Shown: positions 26,697 to 41,676 of the stretch, piece after piece
Numbering within the stretch: position 1 is the stretch's first letter
Layout: the number at the start of each line of letters is the position of its first letter
DNA from: Octopus vulgaris
Lineage: Eukaryota
Assembly: GCA_951406725.2 (NCBI GenBank)
Contig: OX597821.1
Span: 50,096,001-50,160,000, forward strand
DNA length: 64,000 nucleotides
Reading direction: 5' to 3'
The notes under the pieces: generated by a model
The model's database searches: none
The model's input: the letters and a program-made list of their open reading frames with translations, nothing else
Told to the model about the DNA's origin: nothing
Position numbers and translations under genes: made by a program

Positions 26697-26982
26697 GTGT
26701 GTGTGCGTTTATTTAGATTAAGATAGAAATGAAAACGCAAAACATTTGGTATAACTCAAAGAACATTTTATTCTCTATTTAAATTAAATACTTTTCGTGT
26801 GATGCAAAATGTTTGCATTTCCATTTTCCGTTTTTATTTATATCCATCCGCTCAGTACCATATTTTCAGATGCAGTTCAAACCGGAGTGTGGGAGGTAAA
26901 CTAAACTGAGCACGCACGCTACACACATATGTATTCTATATGCTTATTCATATATGTATATATGTATCTATATGCACATATA

Positions 26983-27862
26983 CGCGGTCTGATCAATAAG
27001 TATCCGGATTATTATAGCCATAGTAACGAAGCTAAAATATGCAGAAGAAAGCCGCTCGGCAAAGAGTAACCTTGATTGTCTGCTGTGTATGCGCGCTAAG
27101 TTTTAACGTTCTAGCTTGCGTCTGCTGTTTACACCAGTGCTTGGAAGGAAGACGTGTAGCGTGTGATCGTCGCATTGACCATGACAGAGAAAGTTTTCAT
27201 GGCGATACCTGCTCAGAGGTCAACGGAAAGTTGCAGAAAGTGTATGGAGAGGAGTGTATGACCCGCACACAAGTGTACGAGTGGTTCAGAGGGTTCCGAA
27301 AAAATGTCGATATTGACGAATGTTCTAGGAGACCCGCAACTAGCAGAACTGGGAAATATATTGTAGATATGCATGCAGCTGTGAGGAAAATCGTCGAATC
27401 ACCATCCGTGAGTTATCAGAGGATGTATTGATTAATTACGGTTCAGTTCAGTCCATTATCACTGAAGATTTGTGTATGAGACGCTTGTCTGCCAAGTTTG
27501 TTCTAAAACTGCTTTCAGCTGTCCAAAGAAACATTCGGGTTTCATTTGCACAAGATCTCCTTGATTGTGTTGAGAACAATGAAAATTTTTGAAAACTTTT
27601 TGTATGCCTCTCAGCAGGTATCGCCAAGCTTCTGAAAAAAATTGATGCAGATTCTCTACTCAATTCTCTCTGTCGTGGTCAATGCGACGATCACACGCTA
27701 CACACATTACTTTGAAGCACTGCTGTAAACAGCGGAAGTGAGCTAGGACGTTAAAACTTAGGTCGCATACACAGTAGCGTTCAAGTTCAATCTGTACCAA
27801 GTAGCTTTACTTTGCATGCTTTAGATTTTTTACTATGGCAACAGTCCAGATACGTATTGATC

Positions 27863-27866
<4 letters not shown>
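26983..27866 (+). mobile_element. Foldback non-autonomous mariner derivative
   Basis: Ends ggtctgatcaata../..tattgatcagac, flanked by TA. Inverted arms exceed 200 bp. Interior encodes only the mariner N-terminus (LQKVYGEECMTRTQVYEWF..RRITIREL..MRRLSAKFV.KLL). Confidence 0.85.
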
Positions 27867-27909
<43 letters not shown>

Positions 27910-27918
27910 TGGTTTGCA

Positions 27919-27981
<63 letters not shown>

Positions 27982-28027
27982 TGTATGTATGTATGTATGT
28001 ATTTATGTATGTATGTATGTATGTATG

Positions 28028-28062
<35 letters not shown>

Positions 28063-28165
28063 TTATTTATTTATATGAAATCAAAGAAAAGTTTGAGAAA
28101 ATCCTGAATATTTGAAGAACATCGTATATACATATTCATATACATACATATATACATATACAAAC

Positions 28166-28221
<56 letters not shown>

Positions 28222-28229
28222 GTTTTTCT

Positions 28230-28930
28230 TCAATGCTTACATATATTCAAATTTTTTTCATCTTTTCTTTTACTTTCGATTTGAAAAAAATCCTTTCATC
28301 AGGCGACAGAGTAACGCCAGTTGGAAGGATTTGGGGTTTCAGTTTTCCTCGTTTTGTCTCAATTTCCACTATTATGAAAGTTGATTTTAGCTATTCTTTG
28401 AAAGAGCAGAAAGGACATCGTCATGATATTTTCCCGGTTGTTATTTCACTGAAGAGTTTTCAGAAGGAAATCTCTCTTTTAACTTTCTAATCATATGACC
28501 TAGCAACCAAAGCTGTTTAGTCATGTCTGCTTCTGTACTTCGACTGTTGGTTTTTTTTTGTTTTTTTTGTTTTTTTTTTTGTTTTTTTTTTTTGGTTTTT
28601 TATTGTTTTCTGAGACAGTATTGCTTGGTTACATTTGATATTTAAGAAACCACAGATGTTTTATTCATGGCAATATGCCAGCTTTTCTCTGTCTTCAGAC
28701 AAAGTGTCTATGTTACACAAATTTATGATAATGTTGAAATGACTACAACTTGATAGACCATTTGTTTTAGTTTAAAAATTAGGTGTTTGTGTTAAAAGAC
28801 CCCTTTAGTCGTTTTGCCAAATGTTGAATGAGTTGATCAATTTCTGAAGAATACAGTAAAGAATTCACGATGCAATATCGGCCACACCTTCTGCTAATCT
28901 TTCTTGCCCTCGTTGTTCACGCTAATTTTA
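28230..28930 (-). pseudogene. Possible highly decayed Gypsy-like pol relic
   Basis: Weak motifs LSEDREKLAY (cf. edreKTAF) and VK*QPGKYHDDVLS (cf. Y.PG.N..ADALS) in the expected order. Confidence 0.3.
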
Positions 28931-28974
28931 TACAAGGATAGTTCTCCTTAATCAATACATATATATATATATTA

Positions 28975-29370
28975 GGTACAGGAGTGGCTGTGTGGTAAGC
29001 AGCTTGCTTACCAACCACATAGTTCGAATTTCAGTCTCACTGCATGGTACATTCGGCAAGTGTCTTCTACTATAGCCTCAGGCCGACCAAAGCTTTGAGA
29101 GTGGATTTGGTAGACAGAAACTGAAAGAAGCCTGTCGTATGTATATATTTATGATTTGTGTGTATGTTTGTGTGTCTGTGTTTGTCCCCGCCAAACAGCA
29201 TCGCTTGACAACAGATGCTGGTGTGTTTATGTCCCCGTAACTTAGCGGTTCGGCAAAAGAGACCGATAGAATAAGTACTAGGCCTACAAAGAATAAGTCC
29301 TGGGGTCGATTTACTCGAGTAAAGGCAGTGCCCCAGCATGGCTGCAGTCAAAATGACTGAAACAAATAAA
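28975..29370 (+). mobile_element. SINE-B, full length
   Basis: ggagtggctgtgtggtaag...ggctgcagtcaaaatgactgaaac. Confidence 0.9.
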
Positions 29371-29606
29371 TGCACACATGTATATGTATATACATATATA
29401 TGTATATACACAAATATATACACATATATACAAATATATATACATATACATATATATACATGTATGTATAAATGCATATACATATATATACATATATACA
29501 TATATGCATAGTTATACACACATATATATATATATACATATAAATACATATATACATATATATTTATATATACATATATATATATATATGCATATATATG
29601 CACACA

Positions 29607-29728
<122 letters not shown>

Positions 29729-29756
29729 ATATATATACAGTGTTTTCTGTTTTCAG

Positions 29757-29780
29757 GTATTGCACTGCCACAATTCCGAG
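29757..29780 (+). other. Candidate 24-nt microexon
   Basis: tgttttctgttttcag|GTATTGCACTGCCACAATTCCGAG|gtaccg; open in all three frames. Confidence 0.25.
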
Positions 29781-29843
29781 GTACCGTCTTTAAGAGTCAA
29801 TTCCATCTAAATACATACGTGTGTTTGTGTTTGTGTGTGTACA

Positions 29844-29877
<34 letters not shown>

Positions 29878-30180
29878 TATAATGAGCCAAGAAAGGATGA
29901 GGAATAAGCGAACTTTAGGTGACTCAAATAATGTTTGTGATATATGTTACATGTTTCATAGCGAGTGCGACTTCAGAAGTGGTAAACATCCAAGCGGGGT
30001 GTATACTGCAGACTACTCTACAGGCCAAGGATATCTTGATTAAATGAAAGTTTACATTGTCGCAAGGGAAATTCAATCAGAATGTGTAGAGTGCACAGCA
30101 GAAGAGGGAAATGTATAAATGTAGAGAGAAATAAGGATCAAAAACAGGAAAAAAGAAAAAATATAAGAGAGAGAAGGAGC

Positions 30181-30440
30181 AATGAGGAATTTAAGCAAGG
30201 TCATTTAACTGGTAGTATTCAATAGAGCAGCTTTGGCCGAATCACAGAAATTGGCAAGAGGAATAGTACTTGAAAAACAAATAATGTGGAGAAGAGAGAG
30301 TGGGGAAATGTTTTTGATCAAGGGGGAGAAAAAAAGCTTACATGAAGAAAGAAAGAGAGAATGAGGAATTTAAGCACGGTCGTTTGACCGGTAGTATTCA
30401 ATAGGGCTGTTTTGGCCGAATAATAGAAATTAGCAAGAAA
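30181..30440. repeat. ~80-bp direct repeat pair, ~180-bp period
   Basis: aatgaggaatttaagca..ggtagtattcaatag..ttggccgaat occurs twice. Confidence 0.75.
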
Positions 30441-30443
30441 ATT

Positions 30444-31204
30444 AGCGTACTTCTGCTGCTAACAGCAGTGTTTCGAAGGAACATGTGTAGCGTGTGACCA
30501 TGACAACTTTCTCTGTCATAGTCGCATTGACCATGACAGAGAAAGTTGAACAGAGAATTTACTTCAAATTTTGCCAAAAGCTTGGTGATACCTGCTCAGA
30601 AGCATACACAAAGTTTTCAAAGAGATTTCATCGTTCCTGATACAATCAAGTTTCTTGTGAAACTGAAAACCGAGTGTATTTTTGATCAGCTAAAATCAGT
30701 TTTGGCACAGGCTTGGCAGACACACGTTTCATACACAAATCTTCAGTGATAATGGAGTGAAATGAACGGTAACTAATATGCACATCCTCTGATAACTCAC
30801 GGATGGTGATTCGACTATTTCCCCTCAGCTGCACGCATATCTGCAATGTTTTCCTCAGTTCTGCTAGTTGCAGGTCTCCTAGAACGTTCGTCAATATCGA
30901 CATTTTTTCGGCCATCGTGGAAACATCTGAATCACTCATACACTTGTGTGCAGCTCAAACACTCCTCTTCATACACTTTCTGCAACTTTGCGTTGGCCTC
31001 TCACTCTGTTATGGTCAATACGACGATCACACGCTACACACCTTCTTTCCAAGCAGAGGTAAACAGCAGAAGTAAGCTAGAACGTTAAAACTTAGTGCGC
31101 ATGTGCAGCAGAGTTCAAGGTAAGGTTAATTTGTGCCATGCGGCTTTACTCTGCGTGTGTTAGCTTTCTTATGGCAACAGTCCGGATACTTATTGACCAG
31201 CCCT

Positions 31205-31206
<2 letters not shown>
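30444..31206 (-). mobile_element. Second foldback mariner derivative, inverted relative to 26983-27866, one arm truncated
   Basis: RITIRELSEDVHISY.S..SIITEDLCMKRVSAK.VPKL; same inversion junction (aaagttttcaaa..tttcat.gtt). Confidence 0.85.
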
Positions 31207-31275
<69 letters not shown>

Positions 31276-31320
31276 TTATATACGTATGGTTCTGAAGTTA
31301 CATACATACATGCATACATA

Positions 31321-31391
31321 CAGTTGCGGCCAAAATGTTCAGAACGGCATTGTTTTCGTCAGAAAAGTAGATATAAGTTTTTATCAAAGTT
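31321..31391 (+). mobile_element. Solo TIR fragment of the IR/DR Tc1 family at 34114-35726
   Basis: TA|cagttgcggccaaaatgttcagaacggcattgttttcgtcagaaaagtagatataag. Confidence 0.85.
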
Positions 31392-31524
31392 TTCCTTTCA
31401 CTTTTGAGAGGGTGTGTGAACATAAATGTATCTCACTAACCTACATACTTATCATTTTATTTCTCTTTTACTTTCTATCTGTTTATCTATCTCCCCTCTT
31501 ATTCTCTCTCTTTTTCTCTCCCAC

Positions 31525-31558
<34 letters not shown>

Positions 31559-31563
31559 TTCTA

Positions 31564-31594
<31 letters not shown>

Positions 31595-31623
31595 CTCTCT
31601 ATATATATATTTACACACACACT

Positions 31624-31745
<122 letters not shown>

Positions 31746-31759
31746 GAGATAAATATATA

Positions 31760-31815
31760 TTAGGTTGGTGCATAATTATTGCGGTGTTTTTTTCAATAAA
31801 TTTTATTCAACAAAA
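31760..31815 (+). mobile_element. Mariner-like TIR remnant
   Basis: TA|ttaggttggtgcataattattgcgg resembles Hsmar1-type termini. Confidence 0.45.
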
Positions 31816-31933
31816 AATTTTAACAAAACGCCAATTTAAATAAAACGCTAGGCAAAAATTGAAGTAGATAGTGAATATGCTCCGGAATAATCATTTAAAG
31901 ATGTTTTTGTTAAATGTTGTTATTGTTGAATAT

Positions 31934-32025
<92 letters not shown>

Positions 32026-32072
32026 TTAGATAGACATAAATATACACGTTCACACACATACACATACATAGG

Positions 32073-32225
32073 CTCTGTGATAAGAAGCTTGCTTCCCAAC
32101 CACATGGTTCTGGGTTAAGTCCCACTGCATGGCGCCTTGCGCAAGTGTCTTCTATTATAGCTTCGGGCCAGCCAAAATCTTCTGAGTGGGCTTGGTAGAC
32201 AGAAACTGAACGGAGCCTGTTATAA

Positions 32226-32271
<46 letters not shown>

Positions 32272-32495
32272 ATATTTCTTTACTACCCACAAGGGGCTAA
32301 ACACAGAGGGGGACAAACAAGGACAGACAAACGGATTAAGTCGATTAAGTGCGTAACTGGTACTTAATTTATCGACCCCGAAAGGATGAAAGGCAAAGTC
32401 GACCTCGGCGGAATTTGAACTCGGAACATAACGACAGACGAAATACGGCTACGCATTTCGCCCGGCGTGCTAACGTTTCTGCCAGCTCGCCGCCA
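32073..32495. mobile_element. SINE-B head (+, 32073-32222) and SINE-A (-, 32275-32495)
   Basis: Direct similarity to the other copies in the window. Confidence 0.85.
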
Positions 32496-32871
<376 letters not shown>

Positions 32872-32874
<3 letters not shown>

Positions 32875-33050
32875 AATGTCACTTTCCTTCCTTGGATCTT
32901 TCCTTTTCCTATGTTTCTGACGAAGAGCTCCGCTCGAAACGTTAAACCCTCCTTTTTTTCCTTATTTCCTGAGCGTCCAATAATACTATACTTGTTCCAC
33001 GTCCTCGCGTTGTTTTGTTTTCTCTTTGTGTTTTCATGTTTGGATTAACT

Positions 33051-33052
<2 letters not shown>
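32872..33052 (+). mobile_element. Family A module with canonical hammerhead at 32912-32947
   Basis: gttt-CTGACGA-a-GAGC-tcc-GCTC-GAAAC-GTT-aaac. Confidence 0.75.
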
Positions 33053-33085
<33 letters not shown>

Positions 33086-33114
33086 CTTTACTTTACTTAA
33101 AAGCAGCAGAAATA

Positions 33115-33169
33115 TAACAAAAGCTGTTACTCGGAGTTTCACGTTCCCGTTCGTCGGACAGTTTTGTTA
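33115..33169 (-). ncRNA. Well-formed type I hammerhead (CCGA core) within module G (~33085-33660)
   Basis: taacaaaactgt-CCGACGA-ACG-ggaa-CGT-GAAACT-ccg-AGTA-acag(c)ttttgtta; 12-bp stem I. Confidence 0.7.
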
Positions 33170-33894
33170 AAATAGAACCGAAATAACAATTTGATCAAAA
33201 CTAGCTAAAGGATACACCTTTAAAAATGGGTTTGTTTCATTGTCCTTTCAAATAACGGTCTTAGGTTAGCGATAAACAAAATAAGCAAAATAAATGAATT
33301 CAATATAAATTATAAAAATCGAGGAAAAACTTTAAATCGAAGAGCGGATTCAAAATACATATTGCCATTAATTATATAGAAAATATAATTCGATTAATAC
33401 AATTAATACATAAAAATTGAAATTAAAATATATTAAAATCTTTCACAACAGTATATACTCATACTAAACCATCAATATACATATATACACCAAAATACAC
33501 AGATAGATGTACACAGATCACATACATATACAGACACATAAAATGCAAAACGAAAATATGCACACAAATACATGTATACATATGTATACGCAATCTTGCA
33601 AAAATCACTTGGTGTATACATATAGACTAGAGGTAAAATGCAGAGAGGGCGAATACATATAGAATATATATATATATATATAAATAATAATAAATCTCTG
33701 AGCGAGGTATAAACAGTAGCTGCAACACATCATGAAGTATATTTGCCACTTAAATGTGGCTAACACCTAAGGGTGGATGCTACTGTAGCTTGTAGCCCCA
33801 GGTGGACACCTCCTCCAGCTGGCTATTGACACACTTTCTGTGCCATATCAGTATTTGCAAAGGAAAGCCATCCTTCCGTCTTCAATCTATGATA

Positions 33895-33939
33895 CACATG
33901 GACTCGAGTTTCTGAGTATTGACCCGTCATCAGCGTGTG
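33895..33939 (-). ncRNA. Type I hammerhead within module L (~33695-34065)
   Basis: cacacg-CTGATGA-cGGGT-caat-ACTCa-GAAACTCGAGTC-catgtg. Confidence 0.7.
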
Positions 33940-34069
33940 ACAATCACGAGTTGTCGATGAAAAGTAGGCCTCCTTTTACAATACAACAATTATTTTTCAC
34001 ATGTGTATATCTTTCTGAGGAGTTTTCTGATATTGATTTCCTAATATTAATAATAATATATCATTAGAA

Positions 34070-34103
<34 letters not shown>

Positions 34104-34113
34104 TATATGTATA

Positions 34114-35726
34114 CAGTGGCGGCCAAAATATTCAGAACGGCATTGTTTTCGTCAGAAAAGTAGATATAATTTTTTATCAAAGTTGTTTTATATTCTATAA
34201 TTTTCACAGACAATAAATACGATATTATTTGTTATTGCCTGAGATTTTGGTGTAATTTGAGAGGATAATACAAAAGTTATGGATGATTTAGTGATTTACT
34301 GCAAAACCCATGGCGGCCAAAATGATCAGAACGGTTGATTTTACTCCGTGTTCTAGTATATTTAACCGGCGAACTCTAATGTTTTGAATTTGTTTACGTG
34401 ACGGTTCGTTTACTAAACATTAGTAAGAATATTTGCAGTGTACTTTGTTAATATAATGCCACTTACTCCGTTACCAATTCGTCAGCAGATTATTAAGCTT
34501 CGAAGGAAGGATAATTTAAGTATTGGATCTATTGCAAAGATTGTTAACAAGTCAAAAAGTGTTGTACACGGTATTCTTAAGGTGTACGATGATTGTGGTT
34601 CGTGTGAAGCAAGAAAGTTTACAGGTAGGCCAAGAAAAACGACCAAGCTAGAAGATCGTGCTATGGTAAAGTTGGTTAAAAAGGACAGATTTAAAACTGC
34701 TGCTGCTGTTTCTCGGAAAATGAGCATTGTATTGAAGAAAACTTTATCTCGAAAAACTGTCTCGTCGTTTAGTTGAACATGACCTACAATCAAGAGCACC
34801 TGCAGTGAAGCCACTGATCAGCTCCAGGAATAAAAAGTGTCGTCTTACCTTTGCAACCGAACATGTGTTGTGGTCTCAAGAAAAATGGCAAACGGTGCAT
34901 TTCGGTGATGAATCTAAGTTTATGCTATTTGGCTCAGATGGGAAAAGGTACGTTCGTAGAAAAGTAGGTGAAAAATTGTCGCCTAAATGCCTTAAGACTA
35001 GTGTTAAATTTGGTGGAGGAAGTGTCATGGTTTGGGGAATGATATCTGGAGATGGTGTGGGCCCTTTGGTGCGATTACATGGAAAGGTAAATGCAGGAGT
35101 TTATAAACAACTTGTAAAAGATCATGTCTTGCCTGTGCTGAGAAATTCAACTAAGCGACCACCCATATTCATGCAGGACAATGCCCCATGTCACAAGGCT
35201 AAGGTGGTCATGAACTTCCTCAAGGCTGAAAAGGTTATTGTTATGTATTGGCCAGTTCAAAGCCCAGATCTCAATCCTATTGAAAAAGTGTGGAATATTC
35301 TAGGAGAACGTTCGAAAGCCAGAAATCCTAAAACAACTGAGCAATTATGGAATGCCCTTCAGGAAGAATGGAATAAGATCACCCAGCAAGAAATTGAAAA
35401 TTTAATTTCCTCATGCAGTCGAAGATGTCAGAGTGTGATTGAAGCTAAAGGGCTTCACACTAAATATTAAATAATTCCAGTATTCTCTGTCATTTTTGAT
35501 TATTTTGTTATTTTTTCAACCGTTCTGATCCTTTTGGCCGCCATGGATTTTGCAGTAAATCACTAAATCATCCATAACTTTTGTATTATCCTCTCAAATG
35601 ATATCAAAATCTCAGACAATAACAATTAATATTGTATTTATTGTCTGTGAAAATTATAGAATACAAAACAACTTTGATAAAAACTTATATCTACTTTTCT
35701 GACCCAAACAATTTTGGCCGCAACTG
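34114..35726 (+). mobile_element. Full-length Tc1-family transposon with IR/DR-type TIRs
   Basis: TA on both sides. TIRs 34114-34338 and 35516-35726, each with two gcggccaaaa..tcagaacgg direct repeats; the right outer repeat has a ~13-14-bp deletion. Confidence 0.97.
34456..35470 (+). pseudogene. DD34E Tc1 transposase with one frameshift near 34762
   Basis: GRPRKT, FGDESKF, KFGGGSVMVWG, MQDNAPCH, SPDLNPIE with 34 residues between D and E. ORFs 34438-34776 and 34805-35470 are in adjacent frames. Confidence 0.95.
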
Positions 35727-36189
35727 TACATACACTTACATGCATACATACATACAAACAAACATTCCTTGCCGATCTATATAATGGTATGTTTGTTCAC
35801 CAGGGAATGATATGAATTCCTTGAGATTTTCTGTTTATTTTCCAATATTGACGAATAAGATTTCGCCCACATCTAATCATCATCACCACCACCACCACCT
35901 TCTTCGTCATCATTTTCGTCGTCTTCATCATCATCATCATCATTTTCATCATCATCTTATATTGTCGTCATCGTCGTCATCACTACTATTGTCATCAGTA
36001 ACAGTAGTAAAAGATTTTCGAAACTTAAAATGTAAAATTAACCGAAGAACCCAGCTGTTTGATTTTGTTAATTCGACTAAAGCTCATTGGAGATTATATA
36101 GATTTAAATAAAGTACGACTAATTTGTCATTATTCCAACTGTTCGCTCTGACTGTGTCTCTCTTACTCGACAGATAGATAGATAGATAA

Positions 36190-36243
<54 letters not shown>

Positions 36244-36307
36244 GATAGATAGAGATAATGAGAGAGATAGTGGAGATGGTGCAGATAGGTAGTTGATAGT
36301 TAGATTA

Positions 36308-36371
<64 letters not shown>

Positions 36372-36458
36372 GTTGGTAGGTAGGTAGGTAGATAGGTAGG
36401 TAGGTAGGTAGGTAGGTAGGTAGGTAGGTAGGTAGGTAGGTAGGTAGGTAGGTAGATA

Positions 36459-38160
36459 ACTTTCTTTATTGGCCACACAGGGCTGAACACAGAGGGGACA
36501 AATACAAATGTAAAGCTTTTCTTTTCGAAAATAAAAAAAGGGGGAAAATAGGAAAAAAAAAGTAAAATTCCTATCAAAAGGGATCAGGGGAGGATGATCA
36601 AAAGGGGTCGTGTATCACAGAAGAATTTTAAAAATGTAAATATAAGATTAGGTTTATCCGTCGAAAGAAAAGCCTACCGAAAAGACCACGGTAACTTCAG
36701 TGCACTCTCTCTTTTCGATTTACAGTATCATGCTCAAATTGGTTTCGTCACTCGCACGCACCATCTTTGCTACATTCACCCGCCTTTTTTGAAACTTTCA
36801 CGAGACAAAACCTGCCACTCTATTCTCACCTTCCTTTTCAAGTGGTACTTGAAAAAGTTGACAAGCGATTAGCCAGAGAGGTAAGTGTTTGTCTCTAATC
36901 CTTTCGCTCGAGTCCACCACACACATTCTTTCACTATGGCCACCAGTATGATGAAGACCGCTTTGCCTTTCCGGTTGAGGGAAGGTGGCGGAGCAATTTT
37001 CACGATAGACTCGGCCGACTGACGGACTCGTCCCATACGTGACAGCAGCCGTTCGGCATAAGCCCACAGGTCCGAAATGGTTGGACACTGCACGAGTGTG
37101 TGCAGAACGGTTTCGTCGATCTGACCACATCTCGGGCAAGTCGGTCCGGTGAGTCTCGAAACGTGCCTGTAGAGCTTATCCCGAACAGGTAATGCTTCTC
37201 GATAGCACTGCCAGGCCAGGGATCTTTGATGATTGTCCATAGGTCCCGGCCCGAAGGTTGTTCTGAACAGGCGGTTCAGATGTTCCTCGTTGACGCCCAG
37301 ATTCTGCCCGAGAACGTCGTCGCACCTCCCCTCCACTAATCCTCTATAGAACGCCTTTGTTGTAATGAAGACGCACAAGTTTGGTTCCCAATGGCAGAGT
37401 TGCTTGAGAGCAAGGTGACACTCGCGGTCCATTCGCCGAGCCTCGGTCTCTGTTTGATCAACGACTGCAGATCGGCCAAGGAAACGAGCTACGGGAAAGC
37501 GCGCCGCTCAAACGGCGAACACACCTGTTCACCGTCGTCTATGAAGCGCTGGAGATGTCGCAGTCTCAGCGCGTGTCTGCGCATCATCAACCACAGCATG
37601 CCTAGCCCTCCATTTAGCGGGTGTTGACAGCAAATGGATCGCCTAACAATCGGAATGCTTCCCTTCCACAAGAAGCGGAAGCGTATGCGTTCCAGTTTGT
37701 GATGGTAGGGTCGGGACAAGGCACGACGGCCAAACGGTAATCGATGACGGAAGTGATGTACGCGTTCGCCACCTCCACCCGACCTTTTATGGATAGCTTC
37801 CTCTCGGCCCATTGCTGTGCGAGAGTGGCCACCCTAGTCGTTATTTCGCCACAGTTCTTCTCCATTTGGAGGTCCGGACCAGACTCCGAGCAATTTATCC
37901 AGTCCGTCAGTCCAGCGTCCCACGATGGAGATGCTGTTGGACGGTATTGGCTTGCTTCTCCAGGTGCCGAGCCGCAAGTCCACTGACTTTTCCCGGTTAA
38001 TTTTTGCTCCCGTTACCGCTTCGTATTCTTTTAGTGTCTCATCGACCAGGTCGATGTGTTTGTGGCTCGACGCTATGACGTATGCAGACACGCTCCTCCC
38101 GCATCCCAGCTCTCGTGGGATGCCCCTCAGCGTCGCCAGCTTCCGTAGTAATGGCTCAAG
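36459..38160 (-). mobile_element. 5'-truncated L1/Tx1-like LINE (RT C-terminus, zf-RVT, 3' UTR)
   Basis: LEPLLRKL, YEAVTGAKINREKS, RKLSIKGRVEVAN, GGLGM, LPVRDKLYR..CPRCGQIDETVLHTLVQC. Ends aataaagaaag followed by (ACCT)n(ATCT)n. Confidence 0.9.
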
Positions 38161-38689
38161 ATTGAGAGAGAGACAGCGACAGACAGAGATAGAGAACGTG
38201 TAGACGTTGCTGGAAAAAAATGATAATAAGTCTCTGTGTGTATGCCGTCAATGTAATCCTGTGTAATTTTGGACTTTGTATGGTTACGTATAGGAATATA
38301 AATAAACTACCGTATACACACACACACGCACGCATACACACACACACACACACATATTCATTCGTTTTGAAGTTTGTGTTCCGTTGTATTAAATATACTC
38401 ACCCACCTGCTATGGAGAATGAATCAGAGAGAATGCAAAGGTTATCCAGAGAGAAGCAAAGACGAAGAACAGCTAGTCTCACCCGGGAAGAACTGGACGC
38501 AAGATTAAACAATATATTAGGATTATTGAATCAATCACAAGAAGTAGACAAGAGAGACTAGCACAAGATGCAAGAAGACAGGTTCGAAGACGTCAAAATC
38601 AAAAGGAGCGCCTAATTGCACAAAGGAGAGATATCCAAAGAGAGAGAGAGAGAGCAGCACAAAAGCACCAAGATGAAACAGAAGGGCAA

Positions 38690-39288
38690 GCAGCAGTGTA
38701 GGTTATACAAATCAATAGAGGAAATTGTTATTCATATAGTAAGTGAATGTAGCATGCTGACACAGAAAGAACGCAAGAAAAGACATGACAATCTAGAAGT
38801 TATGTAGAAAGCTAAGATTTGACCATACTGATAAATGGTATGAACATGAACCGAGAAATGTACTAGAAAGTAAGAAATATAGGATGTTGTAGGACTTTAA
38901 CATTCTGACTAACAGAGTAATAGAATCTAGAAGACATGATTTACTGATAGCAGATAAAGAGAATAGAAAGTGCCAGATAATTGACTTTACAGTCCCAAAC
39001 GATGAAAAAATTAATATGAGCGGTATAGAGAAAATAGTAAAGTACCAGGACCTAACGTTTGTACTACAGAGACTATGGAAAGTGTGGGTAAAATGTACCC
39101 CAGTAGTTATAGGAACTTTCCCAAATGATTTGAACATGAAATAGGCATAAAATCCAGTTAGCAAAGCTCAGGAAAACAGTGTTATTAGGGACAGCTGGGA
39201 TACTTAGGCGGGTTCTTGGCATCTAAAGTTACTTGTTGTAGCCCGAGGTCAGGAATTTTTATTTTCCAGCAGTTTAATCTGTTGTGCG
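38690..39288 (+). mobile_element. R4/Dong-like LINE 3' fragment (CCHC + RLE endonuclease)
   Basis: CRL..EEIVIHIVSEC..LTQKE.KKRHDN, WYEHEP, DFNILT..I..R.HDL, IIDF.VP; followed by (TAA)n. Confidence 0.8.
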
Positions 39289-39342
<54 letters not shown>

Positions 39343-39354
39343 TATAATAATAGA

Positions 39355-39550
39355 TTCTAATTTTGGCATAAGGTCGGCATTTTCGGAGGAGGAGTAAGTC
39401 GGTTGCATCGATCTCAGTACTCAACTGGTGCTTATCTTATCGACCACGAAAGGACGAAAGGCAAAGTCAACCTCGTTGGAATTTGAAGATGGACGAAATA
39501 CCACTAAGCATTTTGCCCGGTGTACTAATGATTCTGCCAGCTTACCGCTT
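39355..39550 (-). mobile_element. SINE-A, diverged
   Basis: gaaaggcaaagtcaacctcg..gaatttgaa..gattctgccagcttaccgc. Confidence 0.75.
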
Positions 39551-39577
39551 TACTACTACTACTACTACTACTACAAC

Positions 39578-39736
39578 GAAGAAGAAGAAGAAGAAGAAGA
39601 AGAAGAAGAAGAAGAAGAAGAAGAAGAAGAAGAAGAAGAAGAAGAAGAAGAAGAAGAAGAAGAAGAAGAAGAAGAAGAAGAAGAAGAAGAAGAAGAAGAA
39701 GAAGAAGAAGAAGAAGAAGAAGAAGAAGAAGAAGAA
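39578..39736. repeat. Pure (GAA)n tract, ~53 units
   Basis: Seen directly. Confidence 0.97.
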
Positions 39737-39738
39737 TA

Positions 39739-41335
<1,597 letters not shown>

Positions 41336-41409
41336 TATACAGCTTACCAAGTTATACAGCCGTCCCAGTTATACAGCTTACCAAGCCAACACCAACGTCC
41401 TCTCAACGA

Positions 41410-41676
41410 TTAACTGGAGATGATTTTGAAAAATGCGAATATCTGAAATCGACTGCTCTCACAAGCGATAATACTAAAAATGAACCCGACCGCTCTCAAA
41501 AATTAAGTAAAAAAAAAAACGGGAAAAAATCCAGAATTCTTGTCTGGTACTGGATCGATCCCAAAATCTAATCAGTTCGTACCAGTCACGAGGCCAAATA
41601 TCCACGGACAAACAAACAAACAAACAAACAAACACGACTGAAAACAATACCTCCGCCTTCGCTCAGGTGGAGGTAA
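41410..41676 (+). mobile_element. Helentron/HINE-like end
   Basis: (ACAA)n followed by a terminal hairpin tacctccgcc-ttcgctca-ggtggaggta (41648-41675). Confidence 0.4.
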
